Below, in pieces: positions 56,461 through 64,000 of a stretch of DNA of 64,000 bases. Origin of the DNA: Polyangiaceae bacterium (GTDB taxonomy: Bacteria; Myxococcota_A; Polyangia; Polyangiales; Polyangiaceae); contig CBDCTZ010000014.1 in the NCBI GenBank assembly GCA_965222375.1, positions 288,001-352,000 of the forward strand. Direction: 5' to 3'. The position numbers were made by a program, and so were the translations under genes. The notes beneath the pieces are model-generated. The model saw only the letters and a list, made by a program, of their open reading frames with translations, made no database searches and was not told the origin of the DNA. Every line of letters starts with the position of its first letter. The first letter of the stretch is position 1.

Positions 56461-58301
56461 TTCAACGTAGCTCCCCAGAGTTCATGTCGGGCGCCACTCT
56501 TTACGAGGAATAAGGAGAGAGCGGAACCATTTTGGAGCCATACTACGCCTTGACCCGCATTGGCTCCCTCCGGTGAGACATCGATCGGGTCCCCCACCGG
56601 GATTAGGTCATGGGCCAAGGTTTGCAGCCTAACTACGCGGTTTCCCGAAGATCCTTCCGTCCACTGCACTAACCAGCGGCCTCCTGGCAGCCCCGTGGCG
56701 CTCGGGGATATCGCCGCCGCCCCAGGACCGCCGGGAGGAATTCGAAATCCGGCCGCCGGGCCGGTGGCAGCTCCGGGGGCAATTCGGGAGAAGTACACTC
56801 GCCAGTACGAGTCCGGAGTGGCTTTAGCAGCGAAGGCAACCAGGCCCTCGCGGTCGTTCACCGCCACGGTCGGGGTCCCCACATTGGAGGCTGAGACGTC
56901 AACGGTTCCCAGGTCCGATGCTTTCGCTCCCTCGTCTGACAGCCAGCCCACGCGGATCTTCCCGCGTTGGCCGCCCTGCCGAAACGTAACCGCGTGCCCG
57001 AAGCCCGCTCTGGAGGCAAGACGCGGAGTGGTCAGGCGCTCCCCTCCGCCGCCAGACCAGATGACTTTGGTTTGCCCCCCCACTTGGCGCGCGAAGTCGT
57101 TCCCGCGCGCACCGATCGCAAAGGACGGTTTTGCGTCAACACTTCGCGCGAAGCTGAGGGCGTCGTCCGTTGAGTCGAGCTGGAATCGAATGGGTCCGCT
57201 GCGGCTGAGGGGAACAACGCCCGTGAGCCGGTTGGGACTGCGCTCCTTGAACCTTCGCTTCACGGCGAGGGTGGCCAAATCCACTTCGATCCCCACGCCC
57301 TCCTTCGGCGAGGACGCGAACCCCACCGCGGACTTGTTCCCTGTGGGACCCACCGCGGGCGGAACTGCCAAGTAGATCGAACCCGCTAGTTTCTTTGCGG
57401 GCCGTTCGGAGACGCATGGCAAGGTGGCGTCGCCACTCACGGGCGCACTACTAACGCCGCTGGGGGCTGACACGTTGGCGACGTTGGCCCCTCCCAGCTG
57501 ACCCCGCAGTAGCGCTCCACCAACGACGCCGCCGATCCCCAACAGGCCGACGCCGACCAATCCGAGCACGATCCACGGTATCGAGGACGATTTCTTGTCT
57601 TCTGGCGCGAGCGCAGCCGTGGGTGCCGGCGCGGGTGCCGGCGCCGGCGGCAAAGGGGTTTGCGCCGGTTTCAGCATCGGAGCCCCGCTCGTCTTGGGGC
57701 TTGGGCCGCTCGGTTGGAAGGTTGGTGCTGTGGGCGGCTCTCCCCCGGGCGCTCCCGCATCCTGCGCAGCGTCGGCGCCCGGGTCACTCAAGCGAGAAGG
57801 GACGGCTCTAGGAGGCGGAGGCACCGCCGCTGGTGGCCGCAACGTTGCGGTGGCGTTGGCCGATGCCGCTGGCTCCACCAGGGTTGGCATGGGAGGTCGG
57901 CGAGCGGCCGGAGGCGCTGCAGGTACCCGCGCGGCAGGTGGCATCGAGCCCGTGGGTGGCGGCGGGGGTGGCAGACTGGCCTTCTTCCGTCCCCCCAGCA
58001 GCTTGGCAGCGTCACGGGCCCGGTACGCGTTGTAGCGCTCGACGGGTGGCGAGGGCGGTTCGGTGACCGACTCGTCCAGCTCCGGTTCCACGGCGGGTTC
58101 CGCCTTCCCGGCTGGAATCGACCCACTGAGCTCACCGACCTGGCACGCTGGGAGCCACTTTTTCCAGCCGGCTTTCCAGACAAGCGTGTAGTGGGCCAGC
58201 GTGCCCGAGGAAAGGGACGACACGAGTTCCCACTCGTCCACCTCGCTTACGACTCCCTCGGGGTCGGCCCACCTCCAGTTGTCTTCGGCTACTTTCGCCA
58301 T
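56451..58301 (-). CDS. GYF_2 (DUF4339)-like domain, Pro-rich linker, TM helix, beta-rich external domain
   Basis: W.W...G....L..GTL...TLVWKAGWKKW.P..V.EL at the N-terminus. Confidence 0.78.
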   Translation of the reverse strand: MAKVAEDNWRWADPEGVVSEVDEWELVSSLSSGTLAHYTLVWKAGWKKWLPACQVGELSGSIPAGKAEPAVEPELDESVTEPPSPPVERYNAYRARDAAKLLGGRKKASLPPPPPPTGSMPPAARVPAAPPAARRPPMPTLVEPAASANATATLRPPAAVPPPPRAVPSRLSDPGADAAQDAGAPGGEPPTAPTFQPSGPSPKTSGAPMLKPAQTPLPPAPAPAPAPTAALAPEDKKSSSIPWIVLGLVGVGLLGIGGVVGGALLRGQLGGANVANVSAPSGVSSAPVSGDATLPCVSERPAKKLAGSIYLAVPPAVGPTGNKSAVGFASSPKEGVGIEVDLATLAVKRRFKERSPNRLTGVVPLSRSGPIRFQLDSTDDALSFARSVDAKPSFAIGARGNDFARQVGGQTKVIWSGGGGERLTTPRLASRAGFGHAVTFRQGGQRGKIRVGWLSDEGAKASDLGTVDVSASNVGTPTVAVNDREGLVAFAAKATPDSYWRVYFSRIAPGAATGPAAGFRIPPGGPGAAAISPSATGLPGGRWLVQWTEGSSGNRVVRLQTLAHDLIPVGDPIDVSPEGANAGQGVVWLQNGSALSLFLVKSGARHELWGATLKCP

Positions 58302-58356
58302 CCCGTCCTCACACTACGTGTGCGAAGTGGCCGATTGTTCCCATTTTCTTCGCCTT

Positions 58357-59007
58357 TCAGCAATCAACGTTTGCCGTCGAGCAGATAGCCACCACCGCGG
58401 CCACGTAATGCCCCGCGCTTCTCAGCGCGTAGACGCATTCGGCGGCGGTGGCGCCAGTGGTGACCACATCGTCCACCAGCGTCAGCCTCGCAGGCATTTG
58501 CCGATGAGCCGCCAAAAAAGCGCCTGTGACGTTCAGCTGACGCTCGGAATGCGAACACTGCACTTGGGCTCGGTCGCGGCGGACGCGCCAAAGAAACCGG
58601 TGTCCGGTCGGGGCCCCGAAGTGCTTGGAGAGCTGCACGGCCAGAAGAGCGGATTGGTTGAAACCCCGCTGCGCCAGTCGAGCTGGATGCAAGGGCACGG
58701 GCACGATCGTGGTCCCTCGGATTGCATTGCCGGACCCAAGGGTACGGGCGAGCAGGCGTCCCAGGGGGGCGGCCACGTCTGGTCGCTGCTGATACTTGAG
58801 TCGTTTGACCCCCTCGCTGAGTGGCGCCTCGTAGGGAGCAACGCTCAACACGGGGACGCCACTCACGTATCGTGACGCGGGAGGTAGGACGAGCGTTGTG
58901 CAGGCTGGGCACAGGTCCTCGCGACAAGGGATGTCACAACCAGCGCAGCGGCGAGGGGCCACTACATCGATGCATGCGGTGAAAAACTGACGATAGAGCT
59001 CGAGCAT
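58357..59007 (-). CDS. comF: ComF family protein
   Basis: CAGC..LCPAC zinc ribbon, LKY, VPVPLH..R..RGFNQS, LVDDVVTTGAT. Confidence 0.92.
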   Translation of the reverse strand: MLELYRQFFTACIDVVAPRRCAGCDIPCREDLCPACTTLVLPPASRYVSGVPVLSVAPYEAPLSEGVKRLKYQQRPDVAAPLGRLLARTLGSGNAIRGTTIVPVPLHPARLAQRGFNQSALLAVQLSKHFGAPTGHRFLWRVRRDRAQVQCSHSERQLNVTGAFLAAHRQMPARLTLVDDVVTTGATAAECVYALRSAGHYVAAVVAICSTANVDC

Positions 59008-59070
59008 GCTCGTGGCTCATCGGCCCGCCACGACGCGAGTTGTCAGCTTTTGTGTCGCGCACTGGGTGGC

Positions 59071-59937
59071 TCAGAAGCGAAACCCAAGGTTTGCGCGAGC
59101 GGATGCGCCCCGACTTTCTTCTAGCTGCGTCGAGGAAGCGATGTTGAGCCCAATGCCGCCGCCGATCAGCACCGCGCCCGCGGCGTAGGCGGGGATCAGG
59201 ATTGCGGGCTTGTCCAAATCACTTGGAGCCTTGGACCCGGAGACCAATACCGCCGTTGCCCCCACCACTGCCGTTATGCCGAGCCCAAGAGTCAGGCCCC
59301 CAAGCAGTCCGAGGCCCTCTTTGCCAGGGTTGACGCTTATCCTCCGCGGCTTCGGCCCCATTTGGAACCACATGGCGCCGTTGCTGATGTCCACGCCCTC
59401 CGCCTCGATTCGGTAGCGGCCCGGCGGCAGTTGAATGTGGAACGGCGTGCGCCCCACCCGTTTGAAATCCGACTCGAGCTGGTCGCCGGGCTGCACTCGG
59501 GCGATGTAGACTTGCACTTGTTCGCCCTGGCTGCGGAACTCCACGACCGCGCCGGGTCCGAAGGGCGTCAGTGACCTGACGAAGCCCACTCCTGCAGTGG
59601 GGGCGGCAGGTGCAGCTGTTGGGAGCCGCGGCGCCCCCGCCGTGCCTTGGGGCGCGCTCGGGGTGGGGGCCTGAGTGTCGGGTTGACTCGGTGGCTGGTT
59701 TGGAGCGGGTGCGGCAGACGGCTGTGCGCTTGCCGGTTCGGTTGGTGTCGGTTCCGGGCTCTGGGCGCGTGTCGCTGTGGTGACCAGAGCGAAGGTGGCG
59801 ATCAGCCCAAGCCGAGTAGCTTGTTCATGGACAGCTCGTCGGCCGGCGTGAACGGGTACTGATCGAATTCTGCGCTCGTCACCCACTTGAAGGAGTGTAC
59901 GTTCTGCTCCGACGGCTCGCCACCAGCCAGTTTGCAC
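59071..59937 (-). CDS. PEGA-like domain membrane protein (true start probably near 59810)
   Basis: VGRTP..IQLPPGRY motif and two C-terminal hydrophobic segments; the ORF start given overlaps the Nudix gene. Confidence 0.6.
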   Translation of the reverse strand: MQTGWWRAVGAERTLLQVGDERRIRSVPVHAGRRAVHEQATRLGLIATFALVTTATRAQSPEPTPTEPASAQPSAAPAPNQPPSQPDTQAPTPSAPQGTAGAPRLPTAAPAAPTAGVGFVRSLTPFGPGAVVEFRSQGEQVQVYIARVQPGDQLESDFKRVGRTPFHIQLPPGRYRIEAEGVDISNGAMWFQMGPKPRRISVNPGKEGLGLLGGLTLGLGITAVVGATAVLVSGSKAPSDLDKPAILIPAYAAGAVLIGGGIGLNIASSTQLEESRGASARANLGFRF

Positions 59938-60200
59938 TCGTAGAGATAAAGATCGACCACGTAGTGCTCGTAGGGATGGCTAACGAAACTGATCAACTGC
60001 CCGGGGGTCACTTCCACGTCCAGACGGTGGCGCACTTCCCGGCGCAGCGCATCGGCGTCTGTCTCGCCGTCTTCTACTCGACCGCCGGGGAACTCCCAGA
60101 GAAGAGGCAGTACCGCCGATGGACGGCGCTGAGTGATCAGATATTTGCCGTCTCGATCGATGACTGCAGCTACGACGCGGATGGTTCGTGGTGAGCTCAT
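59802..60200 (-). CDS. MutT/NudG-like Nudix hydrolase
   Basis: WEFPGGRVEDGETDADALRREVRHRL Nudix box; PAD near the C-terminus. Confidence 0.9.
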   Translation of the reverse strand: MSSPRTIRVVAAVIDRDGKYLITQRRPSAVLPLLWEFPGGRVEDGETDADALRREVRHRLDVEVTPGQLISFVSHPYEHYVVDLYLYECKLAGGEPSEQNVHSFKWVTSAEFDQYPFTPADELSMNKLLGLG

Positions 60201-60224
60201 ACGAGCCCGCTCCCCTCAACAGGC

Positions 60225-61250
60225 TCAGAAGTCGACGCGAAACAGTTGCTGACCCATGAGCAAAACGTCGCCCTGGCTCAGATTACGTTGGGCCAGCAGC
60301 CGCACGAAGGTGCCGTTGGAGCTGCCAACATCCGTTAAATACATCTTGCCGTCTTCGGCGCGGTGCACCCGGCAATGAAGGCCAGAAACGTAGCCGTCCT
60401 CAGAAAAGAGGATGTCGCCCCGCTCGCGACCGCAGTGCACACCTCGCTCAGGGATCGGGAACGCGTTGCCCACCGTGTCGCGACCGATCACCAGCGCGAG
60501 TCGCCCGATGTAGCCCTTCGCGGGGCTGCCAAAGCGCTCTACGCCGTCTGGAGAAGCAGGCTGATTTTTCAGAGCCTCCAGTCGAATGATCTCTTGGCCG
60601 ATGCGAAACACCTCTTCGAATTCCAAGGGCTCGGGCTCGTTGGGCTTGAGCTTGATGTACACGCCATTCAGGGAGCTCTCGTCCTTGATGCTCAGCTGCC
60701 CGCCGCTGCGTACGAAGGTGGCATGCTTGGGGGACAAGTAGCTGTCGCCAGCGAAGATGGCGCCTGTGTCTCGGCCAACAGTGACCGTCGCCGCGTCCGG
60801 CAAGGTGTAGGCGCCCGCTTCCGAGCCATCCGCGCGTAGCGCGGTCAGGACGATCTTCGGGCCTGCACCAGCCACGGCAGCGGGAGCCGCCGGGGCGGCG
60901 GATGGAACAGAGCCGCTCTTCAGGGCAGCCAGGTTGTAGCCGCAGGAAGCGCAGAATCGGTTGGAGTCTGGGTTGTTGTGACCGCACTGAGGGCAGTCGA
61001 CGTTCGTGCCGCCCTTTGCTGCTGGTGCGGCCGAGGCCGGACGGGGTGCCGCGGACGGCGCCGCGGACGGTGCTGCGGCGGGAGCCGCAGCTGCAGCGGG
61101 AGCCGCTTCTGCTGCCGCAGGCACGCCGTGCGGCGGTGTTCCGGGGGCAAAGGGTTTGGGCGCGTTTTCGCGCGGCAGCTCAGCGCCGCATCCCAAACAA
61201 AACTTGTAGTGGTCCTGGTTTTCCTTGCTGCACTTCGCACACGTGATCAC
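60225..61250 (-). CDS. Zinc-ribbon, double FHA-domain protein
   Basis: CAKC..FCLGCG, CPQC..FCASCG; GR..S.KH..S.NG and GR..SG.H..SSNGT. Confidence 0.9.
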   Translation of the reverse strand: MITCAKCSKENQDHYKFCLGCGAELPRENAPKPFAPGTPPHGVPAAAEAAPAAAAAPAAAPSAAPSAAPRPASAAPAAKGGTNVDCPQCGHNNPDSNRFCASCGYNLAALKSGSVPSAAPAAPAAVAGAGPKIVLTALRADGSEAGAYTLPDAATVTVGRDTGAIFAGDSYLSPKHATFVRSGGQLSIKDESSLNGVYIKLKPNEPEPLEFEEVFRIGQEIIRLEALKNQPASPDGVERFGSPAKGYIGRLALVIGRDTVGNAFPIPERGVHCGRERGDILFSEDGYVSGLHCRVHRAEDGKMYLTDVGSSNGTFVRLLAQRNLSQGDVLLMGQQLFRVDF

Positions 61251-61396
61251 GCTGGGCCTCCCAGGTGCATCGCACTGACGCTATGTTTCCGGATAAGCGC
61301 GCGATTATCCACGCCCACCTCTCGCGGTCAAGGATAGCGGAAAGTAAAGGCTTCAGGGCAAAGAACTCTCCCTGCGAAACCGCGTTTTGTCGGGCT

Positions 61397-61990
61397 TTAG
61401 GGGGTCAGGTGCGCGAGAGCTTCGCGTAGCAGGTCCACCATCGGTTCAGAGCCAACCCGGTCCCCCAAGGCCGCGACGGCGCGCTCGGCTTCCTGCGCGC
61501 GGTAACCCATGTTGGTGAGCGCAGAAAGGAGTCGCTCCGTGTCGTTGCTGACGCTGGGCGCAGCAGCGCTTCCCGTGGAGACTTCCCCCTCGATTTTCCC
61601 TTTGAGCTCGAGTACCAGCCGTTCCGCTGTCTTCTTCCCGATACCGGGCACGCCGGTGAGCCGGGCAACGTCGCCCTGGGCAACGGCGCGGCGCAAGTCA
61701 TCGACGGAAATTGCGCTCAACGTCCCGACGGCGGTCTTGGGCCCGATGTTTGGGACCGCAATCAGCAGGCGAAACAGGCGCCGCTCGACTTCTGTTGCGA
61801 AGCCGAACAGCTCCAAGGCGTCCTCCCGTACGTGCGTGTGAACGTGGAGAGTGACGCTATCCGACGTGGCAGCCGCGCGCGCTCTCGTGCCCACCGGCGT
61901 CAGGAGCTCGAACCCGACTCCGTGCACGTCCACCAGCAGTAGCCCAGTGGCCTCTTCGGACACGACCTTCCCTGAGATACGACCGATCAT
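61397..61990 (-). CDS. ruvA: Holliday junction branch migration protein RuvA
   Basis: MIGRISG, HVRED..LFGF, IGPKTA, VPGIGKKTAERL.LELK, AL..MGY. Confidence 0.96.
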   Translation of the reverse strand: MIGRISGKVVSEEATGLLLVDVHGVGFELLTPVGTRARAAATSDSVTLHVHTHVREDALELFGFATEVERRLFRLLIAVPNIGPKTAVGTLSAISVDDLRRAVAQGDVARLTGVPGIGKKTAERLVLELKGKIEGEVSTGSAAAPSVSNDTERLLSALTNMGYRAQEAERAVAALGDRVGSEPMVDLLREALAHLTP

Positions 61991-62005
61991 AGGTGCTGGT
62001 CTTCC

Positions 62006-62587
62006 TCAATTGTTCTTTGCGCCTTGGGCGATCCAGCGCCGGATCACGTCACGCTCGTCCTGGCACAGCGCATCAGAGCTCTGAGGCATGGGGTCGCCAC
62101 AGACACCACTGGTTTTCGCGCCGTCCTGCACGCTGCAGCTGAGCCCGAGGTCGTTGTGGCAACCATCGACTTTATGCACCAGAAAGCTCTGCTCCGGATT
62201 GCCCAGGGTCACGATGGGCATGGCACTGGCCGTTTTGCTCGCTACGCCGGTGACGCTGTCGATGATTCCCTGGCGCTGCGCACTGTCCGGGGCGCCTTGG
62301 GTGCAAGTCGGATCGTCGCTGGCGGGTGGGCACTTGGGGCCCAAATAGAGTTCTGCAGCCGCGCCACTCTGCTTGCCGTGGCACACCGAGAAGCCGCAGG
62401 CTCGTCTAAAAAGCGGCATCACGTCCGTTTCAAAGGAGACCACCGGGGTCGTCGCATCAAAGGACGCGTAGTCGAAGGGGCAGCTCCTCTTGCCGCAGGT
62501 ATCAGCGGGCTCGGGGTTCTCGTCCGACCCACAAGCCATGCTCACGGCCAGGGCCACGAGCACCGAGCCAAGACGGGCGCTTGCCAT
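62006..62587 (-). CDS. Lipoprotein with CX4CH motif (cytochrome c-like)
   Basis: SMAC lipobox; VSFETDVMPLF..ACGFSVCH..GNPEQS.L..K..MP..IRRWIAQGA. Confidence 0.7.
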   Translation of the reverse strand: MASARLGSVLVALAVSMACGSDENPEPADTCGKRSCPFDYASFDATTPVVSFETDVMPLFRRACGFSVCHGKQSGAAAELYLGPKCPPASDDPTCTQGAPDSAQRQGIIDSVTGVASKTASAMPIVTLGNPEQSFLVHKVDGCHNDLGLSCSVQDGAKTSGVCGDPMPQSSDALCQDERDVIRRWIAQGAKNN

Positions 62588-62690
62588 GCGCCAACCCTAG
62601 TCAAGATCCGGCGGCGCGCACTGACAATCGCGCGCACCGCCCGCGATGGCCGCAGCGGCTTGCTCGGGCTCGCCCCTGCATGGTAGCGCT

Positions 62691-62960
62691 GTGCCCGTGA
62701 GCAAGATCCTCCTGCTGATTGGGATTGTGCTGGCCGGCTGCGGTGGCTCGGCAAGCGAGACACCATTTCCACTGGAGCCTGATCGCGCTGCCCTGCGCGC
62801 GCCTGTCGCAAGTTCTGCGCCTGCGTCCTCTGCCGCCCCTTTCGACCCGGCAGACGTGGATGATGACAGCATCATCGAGCAAGAAGGCCCTGCTGCGACG
62901 ACTTGGGGCGGCAAGCCCACGCGGCGCAAAGCGCCCGTCGTGCCGAAGCTCAAAGAGTGA
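62691..62960 (+). CDS. Small lipoprotein
   Basis: Lipobox LAGC; start at GTG 62691 or 62697. Confidence 0.6.
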   Translation: MPVSKILLLIGIVLAGCGGSASETPFPLEPDRAALRAPVASSAPASSAAPFDPADVDDDSIIEQEGPAATTWGGKPTRRKAPVVPKLKE

Positions 62961-62975
62961 CTGGCCCGTGGCAGG

Positions 62976-63845
62976 TTAGAACGAGCCGCTGAAGCTCAGC
63001 CCAGCGTAGCCCGGAGCCCATGCGGGGCTGACTCGTGCAGCACGCTTCTTGGGGACCCGCGCCGCTGCCGGTTCCGGTTCCGAGAGGAAGTACCAGGCTA
63101 GACCACCTGCAGCGATAGCCACGCCAGCGACGGTGATGACTCCCGCCGTGTCTGCGCGTTTGACCGCGTCGTTGCCCTTTTCCTCGACCCCCGGAGCGCA
63201 GTTTTTTCTATCCGGGCACGCATCCTCGGCGTCTTTCTCGTCGGACTTCGCGCCGAGATACAGCGCGGTCCCCACGATGGCGATCACGCCGCCGCCACCC
63301 GCAACGAATAGCGGCACCAGTGGGCGACTTCCACCCGTCGTCGTATCCGGCGTCGGACCCGTGCCGCTAGTGCCACCGGCACCAGCCCCGCCGGTACCTT
63401 CCGCAGGACCCGTGCCGCCGACGGGCGTCGCTGGGCCATCGGCCGCAATTTTCTCGTTCAGCACTTCGATTCGGCGGGCAATTTGGTCGCGCTGCGGCGT
63501 GCTGGGATTTCGCGCGAGGAAGGTCTCCAGCGAATTGACCGCCATGCGCTTCTGATCGTTGAGCTCATAAGCGCGAGCGAGATTGAGCAGTAGGGCATGG
63601 GCCGTGCAGTCGCGGCGGTAGGCGTCTTCCCAGTAGGTGATGGCTCGGTTGTAGTCGGCTTCGTTGAAGGACGCCTGGCCAGCTTGGAAGGCACCCTTCG
63701 CAGCTGCGACGTCGCCTTCAGTGGGCTGAGTAGTGCACTCCACGTAGGGTTTGGGAGCATCTTCAGCAGCACCCGCGGGTACGGCTGCAAGCAGCGTCAG
63801 GCTGCAGGCGAGTTTTGCGATACGAAGGCGCATGAGTGGAGCCAC
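62976..63845 (-). CDS. Exported TPR-containing membrane protein
   Basis: Signal peptide; AKGAFQAG..F...Y..A..W..AY..LLNLARAYE; C-terminal hydrophobic segments. Confidence 0.8.
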   Translation of the reverse strand: MAPLMRLRIAKLACSLTLLAAVPAGAAEDAPKPYVECTTQPTEGDVAAAKGAFQAGQASFNEADYNRAITYWEDAYRRDCTAHALLLNLARAYELNDQKRMAVNSLETFLARNPSTPQRDQIARRIEVLNEKIAADGPATPVGGTGPAEGTGGAGAGGTSGTGPTPDTTTGGSRPLVPLFVAGGGGVIAIVGTALYLGAKSDEKDAEDACPDRKNCAPGVEEKGNDAVKRADTAGVITVAGVAIAAGGLAWYFLSEPEPAAARVPKKRAARVSPAWAPGYAGLSFSGSF

Positions 63846-64000
63846 CTGTGGGAACGAAGCAATGCTGCCGGTAGCATAGCGCGGTCCGGCCTACTGGCGG
63901 CAACCAAATCGCAACCGAAGCCTCACGAATTTTCGGGTTTTTCCCCGGGATTGGGCTGCATACATCGCGACACGTCGCGCGACCCTTGTGGCGACGGTGC

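Noticed and set aside
61397..61990. ruvA without adjacent ruvB/ruvC as a novel arrangement
   Set aside because: Split ruv genes are common, and the partners may lie outside the window.

Overview
High-GC bacterial chromosomal segment, most likely from a myxobacterium (Polyangiaceae-like; inferred from many Gly/Ser-linker and Cys-rich lipoproteins, a MYXO-CTERM-like tail, and FHA/GYF/TPR proteins). I found no rRNA, tRNA, CRISPR array, transposase or integrase. Main contents: (1) a complete-looking bacterial microcompartment locus (19.9-28.7 kb) of the sugar-phosphate-utilising type, with a PduS-like oxidoreductase, one BMC-H, three BMC-T, three BMC-P, TpiA, an acylating aldehyde dehydrogenase, and an RpiB-DeoC fusion whose linker holds an encapsulation-peptide-like helix and a CxxCxxCxxxCP motif; the locus is split by a ~9 x 63-bp tandem array followed by a sigma70-like promoter; (2) a eukaryote-type bifunctional 6-phosphofructo-2-kinase/fructose-2,6-bisphosphatase; (3) an overlapping six-gene operon of unknown function with three radical SAM enzymes and a glycosyltransferase; (4) a NosP(FIST)-hybrid kinase module, Ku/LigD NHEJ, a GH161-like glucan phosphorylase, a serine hydrolase-NamZ fusion, a PGM1-like ATP-grasp ligase, a DsbD-like protein, ComF, a MutT-like Nudix hydrolase and RuvA; (5) several gene remnants that keep their ends but lack their middles, plus isolated start/stop-codon lesions. 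All family calls come from motif recognition by eye; no database searches were run.
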